A stretch of 64,000 nucleotides of DNA, from the NCBI RefSeq assembly GCF_018977255.1, contig NW_024704743.1, positions 111,788,001 through 111,852,000 on the forward strand, written 5' to 3'. Both the position numbers and the translations under genes were made by a program. The notes beneath the pieces were generated by a model. The model searched no databases, was not told where the DNA came from, and saw nothing but the letters and a program-made list of their open reading frames with translations. Numbering within the stretch: position 1 is the stretch's first letter; each line of letters begins with the position of its first letter. Below are positions 63,755 to 64,000 of the stretch, piece after piece. This DNA is from Callorhinchus milii. Taxonomy: Eukaryota.

Positions 63755-64000
63755 GCCTTGTGTGATTTAACTCACACTTGTGTTGCCTAAAAGGCAAGAA
63801 AGCAAACAAGATTTACAATTCTTTAAAACACAATGTACTGTAACTGATTCCTGTTTGTGTCTCAAGAGCCAACAATCAAATCCCATTAAGTTCTTTTAAA
63901 AATAGAAAGTGTTTTTTTTGCAGCAGGTTTTTAAGAATAAAGAGCTGATGCTCAGTGGTGTGACCTGGGAGAACAGAGCTGCTATTTCCCTTTACTTGTG

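Overview
This window is AT-rich vertebrate genomic DNA, not microbial. The repeat content (Deu-domain tRNA-SINEs, L2, CR1 and Penelope-like fragments) suggests a cartilaginous fish such as Callorhinchus; this is an inference from recalled repeat consensus sequences, not a search. The whole window appears to lie inside one minus-strand gene, ZFHX4 (zinc finger homeobox 4). I can support two coding exons with canonical splice sites. The first is a 232-nt C2H2 zinc-finger exon at 58126-58357. The second is a 126-nt acidic linker exon at 4017-4142, which the ORF track misses. They are about 54 kb apart and splice in frame (phase 1 to phase 1). The rest is intron. It holds about 27 SINE copies or fragments of two related families, several L2 and CR1 3' ends, microsatellites, small inverted repeats, and repeat-poor blocks rich in homeodomain and POU motifs that look like conserved non-coding elements. 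Nearly all other ORFs in the track appear spurious or repeat-derived. I found no convincing new biological system. The best leads are a candidate 70-nt poison exon, a palindromic TAATCT/octamer enhancer module, small nested inverted repeats, and visible SINE/L2 tail sharing. Repeat boundaries are approximate (about +/-20 nt). Comparisons to human ZFHX4 come from memory and need alignment to confirm.
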